Source: Candidatus Omnitrophota bacterium (lineage in GTDB: Bacteria > Omnitrophota > Gorgyraeia > Gygaellales > Profunditerraquicolaceae). From it: 64,000 bases of DNA. The stretch spans positions 125,702 through 189,701 of the forward strand of contig JAPLLX010000006.1 of NCBI GenBank assembly GCA_026387335.1. Direction: 5' to 3'. Shown here piece by piece: positions 12,902-22,710 of this stretch. The notes under the pieces are model-generated. The model searched no databases. It saw only the letters and a program-made list of their open reading frames with translations, and was not told where the DNA came from. Numbering within the stretch: position 1 is the stretch's first letter; every line of letters begins with the position of its first letter. The position numbers and the translations under genes are program-made.

Positions 12902-13582
12902 TTACACCGCTAATTTTAAACCCGGATTCATGGAAGTCGCAATGGATAGGCTGCGCATAAACTTTCCTTTTATGGATGCGGGTTTGGCCTCATTTAGCGC
13001 TTCGATGACCCTGGAGGCGTTATCATATAATTTATCTTCACTGAAAGACGCTTTTCCTACTGAAAGATGTACTCCGCCTTGCTTATCCACGCGGAATTCG
13101 ACCTTACCCTTTTTAACGTCTTCAATAGCTTTTAATATATCATTGGTAACCGTCCCGGTTTTAGGACTGGGCATAAGGCCCCGGGGGCCTAAGATCTTGC
13201 CTAACTTACTTAAGTCTTTCATCATCTCCGGAGTGGCAATGGCGCAATCAAAATCCATGAATCCCGCGGCTACTTTATCTATAAGTTCGATGCCGCCGAC
13301 AAAATCTGCGTTGGCCGTACGGGCAATTTTTTCATGTTCACCTTTGCAAAAAACCGCGACCCGGACTTTCTTCCCCGTGCCATGGGGTAAAATAACCGTA
13401 CCCCGGACCATCTGATCAGATTTCTTGGTATCTACCAATAAATGAAAATGCAAATCAACCGAGCTGTCAAACTTAGGCAAAGACATCTTCTTTAAGATAC
13501 TAATGGCTTCTTTAAGTTGATAGACCTTATCTACTTCTGTTTGCTTTTGCGATTCCTTATATCTTTTGCTGCGAGTCTTCAT
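12902..13582 (-). CDS. rplA: 50S ribosomal protein L1
   Basis: 226 aa; typical L1 sequence including GPRGLMP. Confidence 0.93.
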   Translation of the reverse strand: MKTRSKRYKESQKQTEVDKVYQLKEAISILKKMSLPKFDSSVDLHFHLLVDTKKSDQMVRGTVILPHGTGKKVRVAVFCKGEHEKIARTANADFVGGIELIDKVAAGFMDFDCAIATPEMMKDLSKLGKILGPRGLMPSPKTGTVTNDILKAIEDVKKGKVEFRVDKQGGVHLSVGKASFSEDKLYDNASRVIEALNEAKPASIKGKFMRSLSIATSMNPGLKLAV

Positions 13583-13588
13583 AGTGGA

Positions 13589-14017
13589 TTATCCCTCAAC
13601 CACAATACCCATGCTGCGGGCTGTGCCGGTAATGACCTTGACTGCCTGGTCCATATCCGAAGTATTTAAATCCGCCATCTTCTGTTTGGCAATCTCCTCT
13701 ACCTGCTTGCGCGTGACTTTACCGATGATCTCCTTACCGCTTATACCGGAAGCTTTAGCTAAATTCGCGGCTCGCTTCAGGAGCACCGAAGAAGGAGGGC
13801 TCTTGATTATAAAAGTAAATGACCGGTCATCGTAAACGCTTATAACCACGGGTAAGATCAACCCATCCCTGCCCTTGGTCTGGTCATTAAACTGCTTGCA
13901 AAACTGCATAATATTGACCCCGTGCTGGCCTAATGCGGGGCCGACCGGAGGCGCAGGGTTGGCCTGAGCTGCCGGAACATGTAATTTAATTTGCGCCTTA
14001 ATCGCTTTCTTAGCCAT
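13589..14017 (-). CDS. rplK: 50S ribosomal protein L11
   Basis: 142 aa; [22 protein letters not shown] is the L11 N-terminal domain. Confidence 0.95.
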   Translation of the reverse strand: MAKKAIKAQIKLHVPAAQANPAPPVGPALGQHGVNIMQFCKQFNDQTKGRDGLILPVVISVYDDRSFTFIIKSPPSSVLLKRAANLAKASGISGKEIIGKVTRKQVEEIAKQKMADLNTSDMDQAVKVITGTARSMGIVVEG

Positions 14018-14019
14018 AT

Positions 14020-14547
14020 TTATACTTTCTCAACTTGCCAGTATTCTAATTCCACCGGCGTAGAGCGCCCAAAAATAGAAACACTTACCTTAATCTTACC
14101 CTTTTCCGGGTGGATCTCGTCGATTGTCCCGTTAAAATTCTGGAATGGCCCTTCGGTGACCCTTACCTGTTCGCCTTTCTCAAAAACGATCTTAGGGCTG
14201 GGTTTAACTTGAGTATCCTTTGTCTTCTTTAAAATATTATCTACTTCGATTTGCGGCAGGGGCATAGGTTTCTTTCCTAAGCCTATAAATCCGGTGACTC
14301 CGGGAGAGCTTTTAACAAACAAATAAGTCTGCTCATTCAGTTCCATCTCAATCAATAAATAACCGGGGAAAAACTTCCTTTGAGAAATTTTCTTTTTGCC
14401 TGAACGGACCTCAGAAACCTGCTCGGTAGGAATGATCACGCTGGAAATCGCGTCCTGCATACCGCTAACGGCAATCTTGTTCTCTAAAGAGGTCTTGACC
14501 TTATCCTCTAATCCTGTTTGTGTGTGCACTACGTACCAGCTCTTCAT
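14020..14547 (-). CDS. nusG: Transcription termination/antitermination factor NusG
   Basis: 175 aa; NGN domain ([11 protein letters not shown]) plus a C-terminal KOW region; secE-nusG-rplK synteny. Confidence 0.92.
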   Translation of the reverse strand: MKSWYVVHTQTGLEDKVKTSLENKIAVSGMQDAISSVIIPTEQVSEVRSGKKKISQRKFFPGYLLIEMELNEQTYLFVKSSPGVTGFIGLGKKPMPLPQIEVDNILKKTKDTQVKPSPKIVFEKGEQVRVTEGPFQNFNGTIDEIHPEKGKIKVSVSIFGRSTPVELEYWQVEKV

Positions 14548-14738
14548 TATTTAAATAAAAGGCTTAATAACTTGGAGAGGAATACATCCAGTACCCCGAT
14601 AAAAACACCCAAAGCTACAGTGACTACGATGACGACCAGGGTGGAAGCTAATAATTCTTCGCGGGTGCTCCAGGCGACCTTTCCCAGTTCTGCCTTAACC
14701 TCTTTTATAAAATTAACAGGTTTTGCGAATATTCCCAT
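14547..14738 (-). CDS. secE: Preprotein translocase subunit SecE
   Basis: 63 aa, single TM helix, immediately upstream of nusG and downstream of tRNA-Trp. Confidence 0.8.
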   Translation of the reverse strand: MGIFAKPVNFIKEVKAELGKVAWSTREELLASTLVVIVVTVALGVFIGVLDVFLSKLLSLLFK

Positions 14739-14776
14739 AACTTACTCTTTTTTTACCCTCTACCGCTTTCTAACTA

Positions 14777-14847
14777 CAGGAGCGGCAGGACTTGAACCTG
14801 CAGTCACGGTTTTGGAGACCGTTGGTTTGCCATTAACCGACGCCCCT
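14777..14847 (-). tRNA. tRNA-Trp (anticodon CCA)
   Basis: Minus-strand sequence AGGGGCGTCGGTTAATGGCAAACCAACGGTCTCCAAAACCGTGACTGCAGGTTCAAGTCCTGCCGCTCCTG folds as a cloverleaf: 7-bp acceptor, anticodon loop CTCCAAA, and T-arm GGTTCAAGTCC. Canonical position upstream of secE. Confidence 0.85.
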
Positions 14848-15014
14848 ATCATTAGTTATTTCGTTTCTTTATGCGGGGTATGCTTATGACAGGACTTACA
14901 GAATTTACTGATTTCTAAACGGTCCTGATGCAGTTTTTTATTTTTTGTCGTCGTATAATTTCTATTTTTGCAAACCGTACACTCTAATGTGATTATTTCG
15001 CGCATATAATTTTA

Positions 15015-15087
15015 AGCTGGAGACGAGAATTGAACTCGTGACCCCGTCCTTACCAAGGACGTGCTCTGCCAACTGAGCTACTCCAGC
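15015..15087 (-). tRNA. tRNA-Thr (anticodon GGT)
   Basis: Minus-strand GCTGGAGTAGCTCAGTTGGCAGAGCACGTCCTTGGTAAGGACGGGGTCACGAGTTCAATTCTCGTCTCCAGCT; anticodon loop TTGGTAA; T-loop GAGTTCAATTCTC. Confidence 0.85.
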
Positions 15088-15232
15088 ATTTTTTTTGTTG
15101 GATACCTTGCCGGAGAAATTATCCTAAATATAAAAAAAAACCCACCAGAAGAATTCAAAAAAAAGAATTCTCTTTGTTCCCTTTTATCCTGTAATTAAAG
15201 TATTATGAATCCTGAATTTACGTGAGCAATAG

Positions 15233-15261
15233 AATATATACCGGATTGGCGGGTTTGTCAA
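15233..15261 (-). promoter_or_regulatory. Candidate sigma70 promoter for the tRNA-Thr/tRNA-Trp/secE-nusG-rplKAJL-rpoBC transcription unit
   Basis: Minus strand TTGACA (15256-15261), a 17-nt spacer, then TATATT (15233-15238). It overlaps the rsmA stop codon, about 145 nt upstream of tRNA-Thr. Confidence 0.5.
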
Positions 15262-16067
15262 GTATTTTTTAATAAATATTGTGTATTTGCCAAAAGCGCA
15301 AAGTTTTCCAAAGTCAGGCATTCCGGCCTGGTCTTAGGGTTTAAGCTGGATTGCTTAAAGAAAATATCCAAAACTTCCGGAGAAACCAACTCTAAGAGGC
15401 TGTTTTTCAATGTCTTTCTCCTCTGGTTAAAAGCTCCCCGGATGATACTGAATAATAGTCCTTCATCTTTCACCAAGACTGCGGGAAATTCCCTTATTTT
15501 CAACTCCAGGAACGCGGAATCAACTTTGGGAGCCGGCTTAAAGCAATTTTTGCTGATCTCAAAAATGATCCTGGGTAAAGTATAATATTGCACAAAACAA
15601 CTGAACGACCCGTAATCTTTATTGCCGGGCAAGGAAACGACCCTTTTGGCAAATTCTTTCTGGACCGTGATAAATATAGCGGATAACGACTTACGGAAAT
15701 TTAAGAGCCGCTCAATTATAGGGCTGGATATATAATAAGGGATATTGCCGAATACCTTTATCCTGGATTTAATCTTATTCTCTTTAATAAACCCGGCTAA
15801 ATCAAATTTCAGGATATCCTGATTAATTATTTGTATATTTTTACGCTCACTCAGTGTCTGGGTTAAAAGGTCATAGAGCCTCTTGTCAATTTCAATGCCG
15901 TAAACCTGCTTAATCTTGGCGGCAATGAGCCCGGTCAATTCGCCTCGGCCCGAGCCTACTTCCAAAACAATATCATCCGGCTTTAAATCCAGAGAGTTAA
16001 TTATCTTAAGCCTTATGTTTTGATCGATTAGAAAATTCTGGCCTAAACTCTTTTTAGGTTTGTGCAT
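15258..16067 (-). CDS. rsmA: 16S rRNA (adenine1518/1519-N6)-dimethyltransferase
   Basis: 269 aa; KSLGQNFLID and VLEVGSGRGELT SAM-binding motifs; pdxA-ksgA synteny. Confidence 0.9.
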   Translation of the reverse strand: MHKPKKSLGQNFLIDQNIRLKIINSLDLKPDDIVLEVGSGRGELTGLIAAKIKQVYGIEIDKRLYDLLTQTLSERKNIQIINQDILKFDLAGFIKENKIKSRIKVFGNIPYYISSPIIERLLNFRKSLSAIFITVQKEFAKRVVSLPGNKDYGSFSCFVQYYTLPRIIFEISKNCFKPAPKVDSAFLELKIREFPAVLVKDEGLLFSIIRGAFNQRRKTLKNSLLELVSPEVLDIFFKQSSLNPKTRPECLTLENFALLANTQYLLKNT

Positions 16068-16999
16068 TTTATGGCAAGTTTAATCGCGGCGATCATTGAA
16101 CTCGGATCGGCTAAGCGCGGGGTCTTAGCAATGTCAAAGGCCGTCCCGTGAAGAGGCGAAGTCCTTATAAAGGGAAGTCCCAGAGTCATATTGGCGCCCG
16201 CAGCGAAACCGGTCAGCTTTAAGGGTATGAGTGCTTGATCATGATACAAAGCAATCAGGCAATCGTATTTACCCTGATAAGCCCGCAGGATAGCCACGTC
16301 AGCTGCCAGGGGACCGTCAATATTAATTCCTTTTCTCAACATTTTAAGCGCGGGCTGCATAATTTCCTTTTCTTCTTTTCCGATTAAACCGTTCTCGGAA
16401 GCATGCGGATTAAGGCTGCAGAGCGCTAAGCGCGGATTCTGTATACCAAAAAGGTTTTTAAGCGCCTTAAAAACAATAGAGACATCTTTGCATAGCTTAT
16501 CTTTGGATAATGCCGCCGGCACTGCTTTTAACGGTATATGCCTGGTAATGAGGCCAAACTTTAAAAAATCATTAAGCAACAGCATAACTACCTCTTCGAC
16601 CCCTGTTTTATTAAGAAAATATTCCGTGTGGCCGCCATACTTATAGCCCGCTTTTATTACAGCTTCCTTAGATATAGGGGCGGTCACCAGGCAATCAATT
16701 TCTTTCCTGCGCAATAGATCCAAAGCCTTATCCAGATACTCAATAGACGCTCTCCCATACTCAGCGCTTATTTTCCCGCGGGAGAATTTCTGGCGGTTGA
16801 TATTGCCTAAATCTACCAACCTGGCTGCGCTTAAATCCTTTAACAGATGACCGTCGCCGATGACCACAAAGTCCGCCAGGTTTTTAAGTTTATTGACTGC
16901 CTTAAGGGTTATAGCCGGGCCTATTCCGGAAGGATCCCCTATAGTAATGCCGACTCTGATTTTATTTGATTTTAATATAGGATTTATTTTTAAGCTCAT
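16043..16999 (-). CDS. pdxA: 4-hydroxythreonine-4-phosphate dehydrogenase
   Basis: 318 aa; PdxA family sequence; position between the surA-like gene and rsmA mirrors the E. coli surA-pdxA-ksgA order. Confidence 0.88.
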   Translation of the reverse strand: MSLKINPILKSNKIRVGITIGDPSGIGPAITLKAVNKLKNLADFVVIGDGHLLKDLSAARLVDLGNINRQKFSRGKISAEYGRASIEYLDKALDLLRRKEIDCLVTAPISKEAVIKAGYKYGGHTEYFLNKTGVEEVVMLLLNDFLKFGLITRHIPLKAVPAALSKDKLCKDVSIVFKALKNLFGIQNPRLALCSLNPHASENGLIGKEEKEIMQPALKMLRKGINIDGPLAADVAILRAYQGKYDCLIALYHDQALIPLKLTGFAAGANMTLGLPFIRTSPLHGTAFDIAKTPRLADPSSMIAAIKLAIKCTNLKRV

Positions 17000-17921
17000 C
17001 TAACCATTTAACAAGTTCTTCCTGCATTTTCTTCTCAAAAATAAACGACTGGATTTTATACTGGACATCGCTAAGGGAAAGCTGTTTGGAGGGGATTATA
17101 TTAATCAGCCTGAACACATAATATTTATCATCCATCTTGACGACACTTGATACTTCATTAACCCCGAGGCTAAAAACCGCCTCCTCAATCTCCTTCTTTA
17201 AATTTTCTTTCCTTAGCACGCTAAACTTATTAACCGTAAAAGGGTATCTTCCCGCCAGTTCTTCGGCGCTCTTACCGGCCTTTAAATTATAGGCGAAGCT
17301 ATCCGCCAAATCTTCACTCTCAAAAGCGAAGGCCTCAAACTCCCTCTCTTCACCGGAAGAGAAATCCTTCTTCTTGTCTTCATAAAACTTAGTCACCTCA
17401 TCCGGCCTTACGCTTATTTTACTGCGCACTTTCTGCTCGATTATCCCATACATAAGGAATTGTTCCCTTATCTTGTTTTCAATATCCGCCTGGGTAAGCC
17501 CCTGTTTCATCAGGTCCGCCTGGAACTGCGCGTCGGAATTATAACGCTTCTTTATTTCACTTATCCTGGACTTTACCCTGCCTTCATCAAAAACTACCTT
17601 TTCTTTTCTAGCCTCCTGGAGGATCAAACGATCCTCAATAAGCCGGTTTAACAAATCCAACTTGGCTGAAGAAATTTTCTCCTCAAGGTCCTTTCCTTTA
17701 TACTCCCGGGAAAATTGCAATCTCATAAAATTAAGGAAATCATTTAAATCCTTCTGGGTTATCACATCATTATTCACGATAGCTACTATCTGATCCTGCG
17801 CGTATAGAAAGCAGGCAGTATTTAGTATGCAGCCTGCCGGAAGGATAAGATAAAAAAATAAAATAAACTTTAAGTTAATTATGCGTTTCATTAAACACCC
17901 CGGTCTTTTTAAAAGTATCAA
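16962..17921 (-). CDS. SurA-like periplasmic chaperone (SurA N-terminal-domain protein)
   Basis: 319 aa; signal peptide after an internal Met (MKRIINLKFILFFYLILPAG); SurA_N-like helical region; a rotamase domain is not obvious. Confidence 0.65.
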   Translation of the reverse strand: MILLKRPGCLMKRIINLKFILFFYLILPAGCILNTACFLYAQDQIVAIVNNDVITQKDLNDFLNFMRLQFSREYKGKDLEEKISSAKLDLLNRLIEDRLILQEARKEKVVFDEGRVKSRISEIKKRYNSDAQFQADLMKQGLTQADIENKIREQFLMYGIIEQKVRSKISVRPDEVTKFYEDKKKDFSSGEEREFEAFAFESEDLADSFAYNLKAGKSAEELAGRYPFTVNKFSVLRKENLKKEIEEAVFSLGVNEVSSVVKMDDKYYVFRLINIIPSKQLSLSDVQYKIQSFIFEKKMQEELVKWLDELKNKSYIKIK

Positions 17922-19782
17922 TTGCCTCCCTTAATAATCGGCAATAAAGGTCAAAACCGATAGCCGAAATAAAACCGTGCTGCTCTAACCCTAACAAGTT
18001 TCCCGCTCCCCTTATCTCTAAATCCTCCATGGCGATATTAAAACCGCTCCCCAGTTGCGTATAACTCTGGATCGCGTCCAATCTCTTACGGGCGTCCTTC
18101 TCTAAAACCATATTTTTAGGCACCATAAAATAGGCGTAGGCTTTGCGGTTAAATCTGCCTACCCTTCCGCGCAATTGATGCAAATCGGATAACCCGAACA
18201 TCTGCGCGTTATTCACGATTATAGTATTGGCGTTAGGAATATCAATTCCCGATTCAATGATCATTGTAGAGATTAAACAATCCACGCGGCCCTTCAGGAA
18301 TTCAGACATTACTCCTTCCAGTTCGCTGGGATGCATTTGTCCGTGCCCTACTGCCAGGCGCACATTCTTAGGCAGAATTTTAGCCAGCCTCTCTTTTATT
18401 TCTTGAATATCTTCTACCCGGTTGTGCAGAAAGAAGACCTGGCCCCGACGGGCTACCTCCCTTAAAATAGCCTGGCGGATTAAATCGTCATCATATTCTA
18501 CCACAATCGTCTTTATAGGCAACCTATTTTCCGGAGGCGTATTGATAACGGATAAATCGCGGCTGCCCATCAAGCTCATATACAAAGTCCTGGGTATGGG
18601 GGTGGCGGTCAAGGTAAGGACGTTGGCGGAAAATTTAAGCTTCTTTAACTTCTCTTTATTTTTTACCCCAAAACGCTGCTCTTCGTCAATGATTACCAGG
18701 CCCAAATCTTTAAAGGATACATCATCTGAAAGCAGCCTATGCGTACCTATTACTATATCCACAAAACCTTCCCTTAAGCCCCGCACAACTTCTTTCTGCT
18801 CATCCTTAGTCTTAAAACGGCAAAGGAGCTGGATATTTATAGGAAATTCCGTAAGCCGCGAACTAAAGTTTTGATAATGCTGTTCAGCTAATATTGTCGT
18901 GGGGACCAGATAGGCTACCTGTTTACCGTCCATTACCGCCTTAAAAGCAGAGCGCATAGCGACTTCCGTCTTGCCATATCCGACATCTCCGCAAAGCAGC
19001 CTATCCATCAGCTTTCCGGACTCCATATCCTGCTTCACCTCTAAAACAACAGTTGCCTGATCCGGAGTCTCCTGGTAAGGAAAAGTCTCCTCAAACTTAA
19101 TCTGCCAGGCTGTATCCTTAGAATAAACAAAACCTTTTGTGCTAACGCGCATTGCCTGCAGGCTTAATAAATCCCAGGCCATCTTTTGAATACCCTTGTA
19201 AGCCCGCTGTTTTACCCTGGACCATTCTTTTCCTCCCAGACGGTAGAGCTTCGGCCGCTTAGCGTGAAATGCGATATATTTCTGCACCAGGTGCATGGAC
19301 TCAACCGGGACATAAAGTTTCTCCGTACGGTCATACTCAATGACTAGATGGTCTTTAAGCTTATCGCCGGACTCAATCTTATTTAAACCTAAAAACCTGC
19401 CCACGCCATGCTCATTATGCACGACATAATCGCCTATCTTTAGATCCAGAAAACCGGATAACGGAAAATCTTCGGTTATCGGCGTAGTCTTTAAGGTTCC
19501 TGGCTTTCGGATAGGCAGAATAATGGCTAACTTATGCTCCCAAAGAGGCTCGCCCGTGGAAGGATTAAAAGTTTTGATCGATGATATTATATCGTTATTT
19601 AATTCTATGCGGATAGGAAGCTCAAATGAATTGGGGAAAATATCGATGATCCCGCCGCGGCGGGCGAAATCGCCTTCAACCAGTATAGCATCCTGTCTCT
19701 TATAGCCAAAATCAACTAAAATGGCCAAGAGCTTTTCTAAATCAGTCTCCTGGCCGGAATATAGCTTAAGGGATTTAAACAT
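17875..19782 (-). CDS. mfd: Transcription-repair coupling factor, compact form (635 aa)
   Basis: CarD/TRCF RNAP-interacting motif VVHNEHGVGRFLGL; superfamily-2 helicase motifs (GDVGYGKTEVA, DEEQRFG, QLRGRVGR). Lacks the long UvrB-homology N-terminus and the C-terminal D7 of E. coli Mfd. Confidence 0.8.
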   Translation of the reverse strand: MFKSLKLYSGQETDLEKLLAILVDFGYKRQDAILVEGDFARRGGIIDIFPNSFELPIRIELNNDIISSIKTFNPSTGEPLWEHKLAIILPIRKPGTLKTTPITEDFPLSGFLDLKIGDYVVHNEHGVGRFLGLNKIESGDKLKDHLVIEYDRTEKLYVPVESMHLVQKYIAFHAKRPKLYRLGGKEWSRVKQRAYKGIQKMAWDLLSLQAMRVSTKGFVYSKDTAWQIKFEETFPYQETPDQATVVLEVKQDMESGKLMDRLLCGDVGYGKTEVAMRSAFKAVMDGKQVAYLVPTTILAEQHYQNFSSRLTEFPINIQLLCRFKTKDEQKEVVRGLREGFVDIVIGTHRLLSDDVSFKDLGLVIIDEEQRFGVKNKEKLKKLKFSANVLTLTATPIPRTLYMSLMGSRDLSVINTPPENRLPIKTIVVEYDDDLIRQAILREVARRGQVFFLHNRVEDIQEIKERLAKILPKNVRLAVGHGQMHPSELEGVMSEFLKGRVDCLISTMIIESGIDIPNANTIIVNNAQMFGLSDLHQLRGRVGRFNRKAYAYFMVPKNMVLEKDARKRLDAIQSYTQLGSGFNIAMEDLEIRGAGNLLGLEQHGFISAIGFDLYCRLLREAIDTFKKTGVFNETHN

Positions 19783-19814
19783 CCGTAATATTTATCTAGC
19801 CTAAAACTTACTAT

Positions 19815-22016
19815 CTATTTGGAGCGCTTGCGGCCCCAGGCAAGAACTAAAGGCGAAGCAATAAAAACTGTAGAATATACGCCTGAAATGAAACCTACTA
19901 ACAAGGCAAAAGCAAAGTTATTTAATACCGCTCCTCCGTAGAGAAAAATGGCCAGAACAACCAATAAAGTCACTCCGGAAGTAAGTATGGTCCTGGAGAG
20001 TGTCTGGTTTACGCTTAAATTAATCAACTCATAAAGGCTGAGTTTCTGATAAGTACGCATATTCTCCCTGACCCGGTCATAAATGACGATCGTATCATTA
20101 ATAGAATAACCGGCAATAGTCAAAAAAGCGGTAATACTCAAGAGGTCAATGGGCCTGCCCGTAACAACCAGGGCCCCAAAAGTTATCAGGACATCATGGA
20201 TAAGAGCGATTACGCCGGCAATAGCAAAATTCATATGCTTAAACCTGAAAGCCACATAGACTAGTATGATGACTAAAGACCAAACTAGAGCCCATATGGC
20301 TTTTTCTTTTAAATGTTTCCCGGCTACAGGGCCGACGCGTTCAATCTTTAAAATCTGGATATCCTGTTTAGGAAAGGCCTCTTTTAATTTAGAGGTCAAA
20401 ATCTCGCTTTTATCTTCGACAGTACGGATTAAGACCGCCTTAGGGTTCTCTTTAAATTGCTGTATAGAGGCATCGCCCAAACCTACATCTTTTAATACGC
20501 CGCGTATTTTATCCACGTCCGGGACTTCTTTAAAACTGTATTCCTGCATTGAGCCTCCGGCAAAATCAATCCCGTAGACGCTGTCTCCCTTTTTAAAATA
20601 AGCCGCCAGCCCGATGATTATGACAATAAGTGAAAGAGCGTAAAAAAACCTGCGCTTCTTAATAAAGTCGATTTTAGTCTGGCCGATTAATCTAAGCATC
20701 GGTAGCGTCTTCAGCCACCCCAAACTTAACAAGATTTCAAATATGGTCCGCGTTACTACTATCGCGGTAAACATGCTCGCGATTAAACCTATGGTCAAGG
20801 TTACGCCAAAACCTTTTATTGAGCCTGTTCCCAACCAGATCAAAATAATTGCCGCAAATAGTGTAGTCAGATTAGAGTCAAAGATCGCGCTAAAGGCCTT
20901 GGAATAACCATTAGTTATGGCAGCCCGCAAATTCCTGCCGAGGTTTAATTCTTCACGGATACGTTCATTAATTAAAACGTTAGCGTCTACGGCCATACCT
21001 AAAGATAAAACCATGCCGGCAATTCCGGGCAAAGTCAAAGTTGCGGAGAATTCCGGTAATAAATACGGGAGTGCTCCTAACACGCCTAAAATCATAAACA
21101 AATTGAATATAAGCGCGATATTGGCGATCAAGCCGGCTAAAAGATAATAAACCGCCATAAAAACAAAAACAAGTATACCCCCGACTATGCTGGCTTTTAC
21201 GCCGCTATTTATAGAGTCCTGGCCTAATAGAGGCCCGATAGTCCGCTCTTCTTCAATATAAAGCGGCGCGGGCAAAGCGCCTGACCTTAACACATTCGCC
21301 AGGTCCTGGGCCTGTTCAACGCTGAAACGCCCGGTAATCACTGCTTCCCCCGAAGGAATAGCTTCCCGGATATTTGGGGCTGACTGTACTTTACCGTCTA
21401 AAACAATGGCTAATCTTTTCCCGACGTTAGCCGCAGTCACTTCCGCAAACTTCTTAGCCCCTTCAGCGTTAAAACGCAAAGAGACTACCGGCTCGTTAAA
21501 TTGGCTTGAGCTAAAATGCACGGATGCGTCAGTCAAGGCCTCGCCGATCAAAGCTGTATTTTTTTCCACTAAAATCGGCGCATTATCATCCTGGACATAC
21601 TTTAATTCATAGCCCTCAGGGACTTTTCCGGCTAACGCTTCGGTTAAACCCGCTTGATCCGAAGAAACCAGCTTAAATTCCAGCAAGGCGACTTTCCCGA
21701 TCAACTCCCTGGCCCGCTCCCTATCCGTAAAACCAGCCAACTCCACTACTATTTCATCAATACCGTGCTTCTGGATCAAGGGTTCCCGTACACCGTAGCT
21801 ATCTATCCTCTTTCTGATGACCTCCATGGCCCGGTCTGCGGCATCTACTCTGGCGTTTTCCGGAATTTTAGCTGTATCCACCTTAAGCAAAAGATGCATC
21901 CCTCCTTTTAGATCCAATCCCAGATTGATCCTCTTATCTAAAGGAAAGGTAAAATAAACGCACAATCCCATAATTGCCAGTATAAAAACGGATTTATAAA
22001 TAACCCTTTTCTCCAT
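19815..22016 (-). CDS. secDF: Protein translocase subunit SecDF (fused)
   Basis: 733 aa with 12 predicted TM helices in two SecD/SecF halves and a periplasmic domain. Confidence 0.9.
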   Translation of the reverse strand: MEKRVIYKSVFILAIMGLCVYFTFPLDKRINLGLDLKGGMHLLLKVDTAKIPENARVDAADRAMEVIRKRIDSYGVREPLIQKHGIDEIVVELAGFTDRERARELIGKVALLEFKLVSSDQAGLTEALAGKVPEGYELKYVQDDNAPILVEKNTALIGEALTDASVHFSSSQFNEPVVSLRFNAEGAKKFAEVTAANVGKRLAIVLDGKVQSAPNIREAIPSGEAVITGRFSVEQAQDLANVLRSGALPAPLYIEEERTIGPLLGQDSINSGVKASIVGGILVFVFMAVYYLLAGLIANIALIFNLFMILGVLGALPYLLPEFSATLTLPGIAGMVLSLGMAVDANVLINERIREELNLGRNLRAAITNGYSKAFSAIFDSNLTTLFAAIILIWLGTGSIKGFGVTLTIGLIASMFTAIVVTRTIFEILLSLGWLKTLPMLRLIGQTKIDFIKKRRFFYALSLIVIIIGLAAYFKKGDSVYGIDFAGGSMQEYSFKEVPDVDKIRGVLKDVGLGDASIQQFKENPKAVLIRTVEDKSEILTSKLKEAFPKQDIQILKIERVGPVAGKHLKEKAIWALVWSLVIILVYVAFRFKHMNFAIAGVIALIHDVLITFGALVVTGRPIDLLSITAFLTIAGYSINDTIVIYDRVRENMRTYQKLSLYELINLSVNQTLSRTILTSGVTLLVVLAIFLYGGAVLNNFAFALLVGFISGVYSTVFIASPLVLAWGRKRSK

Positions 22017-22046
22017 TTTCCCTTTTTCTCCTTGAGTATTCGCTGG

Positions 22047-22322
22047 TTACGCTTTTTTAATAACCGCTATGCAATTCTTTTCCAGCTCAATCTTTACATT
22101 CTCATCTATTCTTAAGATTATTGTTTTTTCTTTGACATTGACAATAGTCCCGTGTATTCCGCTGGAAGTGACTACTTCGTCATTTTTATTAAGATTACCC
22201 AGCATCTTCTGGTGCTCTTTTTCCTTCTGTCTTTGCGGCCGGATCAGCATAAAATAAAAAATAACAAAAATAAGCGCTAAAGGAACCAGATTAATTATCG
22301 AGTTAGTTGCTTGAGGCTGCAT
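22047..22322 (-). CDS. yajC: Preprotein translocase subunit YajC
   Basis: 91 aa; LALIFVIFYFMLIRPQRQKEKEHQKML is the YajC signature. Confidence 0.85.
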   Translation of the reverse strand: MQPQATNSIINLVPLALIFVIFYFMLIRPQRQKEKEHQKMLGNLNKNDEVVTSSGIHGTIVNVKEKTIILRIDENVKIELEKNCIAVIKKA

Positions 22323-22560
22323 TTTTCTTCTCCTTCTTTATAAGGCTCTTAACGGTGGCTGAAACTTGAGCGCCATTTTTAATCCAATACTGGATTCGCT
22401 CTGACTTTAATCTTGCCTCACCGGTTGTAGGAACATAGAACCCCAACTCTTCCAGGACTCTGCCGTCCCGGCCGGTTCGCTCATCATAAGCGGCAACCCG
22501 GAAATGCGGCTTACCTTTGGGATTTTTTCCGATTCTTCTTAAACGAATATGAACCGCCAT
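22303..22560 (-). CDS. rpsP: 30S ribosomal protein S16
   Basis: 85 aa; MAVHIRLRRIGKNPKGKPHFRVAAYDERTGRDG. Confidence 0.9.
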   Translation of the reverse strand: MAVHIRLRRIGKNPKGKPHFRVAAYDERTGRDGRVLEELGFYVPTTGEARLKSERIQYWIKNGAQVSATVKSLIKKEKKNAASSN

Positions 22561-22710
22561 TTTTTACTCCTCCTATAATAAATTGTTAATATCCAATCAC
22601 CAAATCCCAATGTCAAATGAAATCCCAATGACCCAATGTCCAGATTGGGACTTGAGATTTGAAGTTTCATTCGTCATTGAAACTTGGATATTGGTCATTT
22701 ACCAGTATTA

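Noticed and set aside
538-12913. Numerous plus-strand ORFs of 60-190 aa inside tuf, fusA, rpoC, rpoB, rplL and other core genes in the track (e.g. 538-1122, 4622-5038, 7532-8038, 11986-12402)
   Set aside because: They lie antisense within highly conserved minus-strand genes, have low-complexity Ser/Leu/Pro-rich translations and no RBS, so they are spurious shadow ORFs. The same applies to the antisense ORFs elsewhere in the track (e.g. 23027-23347, 26121-26393, 36096-36488, 60750-61335).
15151-15170. GAATTC-A8-GAATTC as an RNA hairpin or terminator
   Set aside because: The two halves are each self-palindromic but the A-run cannot pair, so no stem forms.
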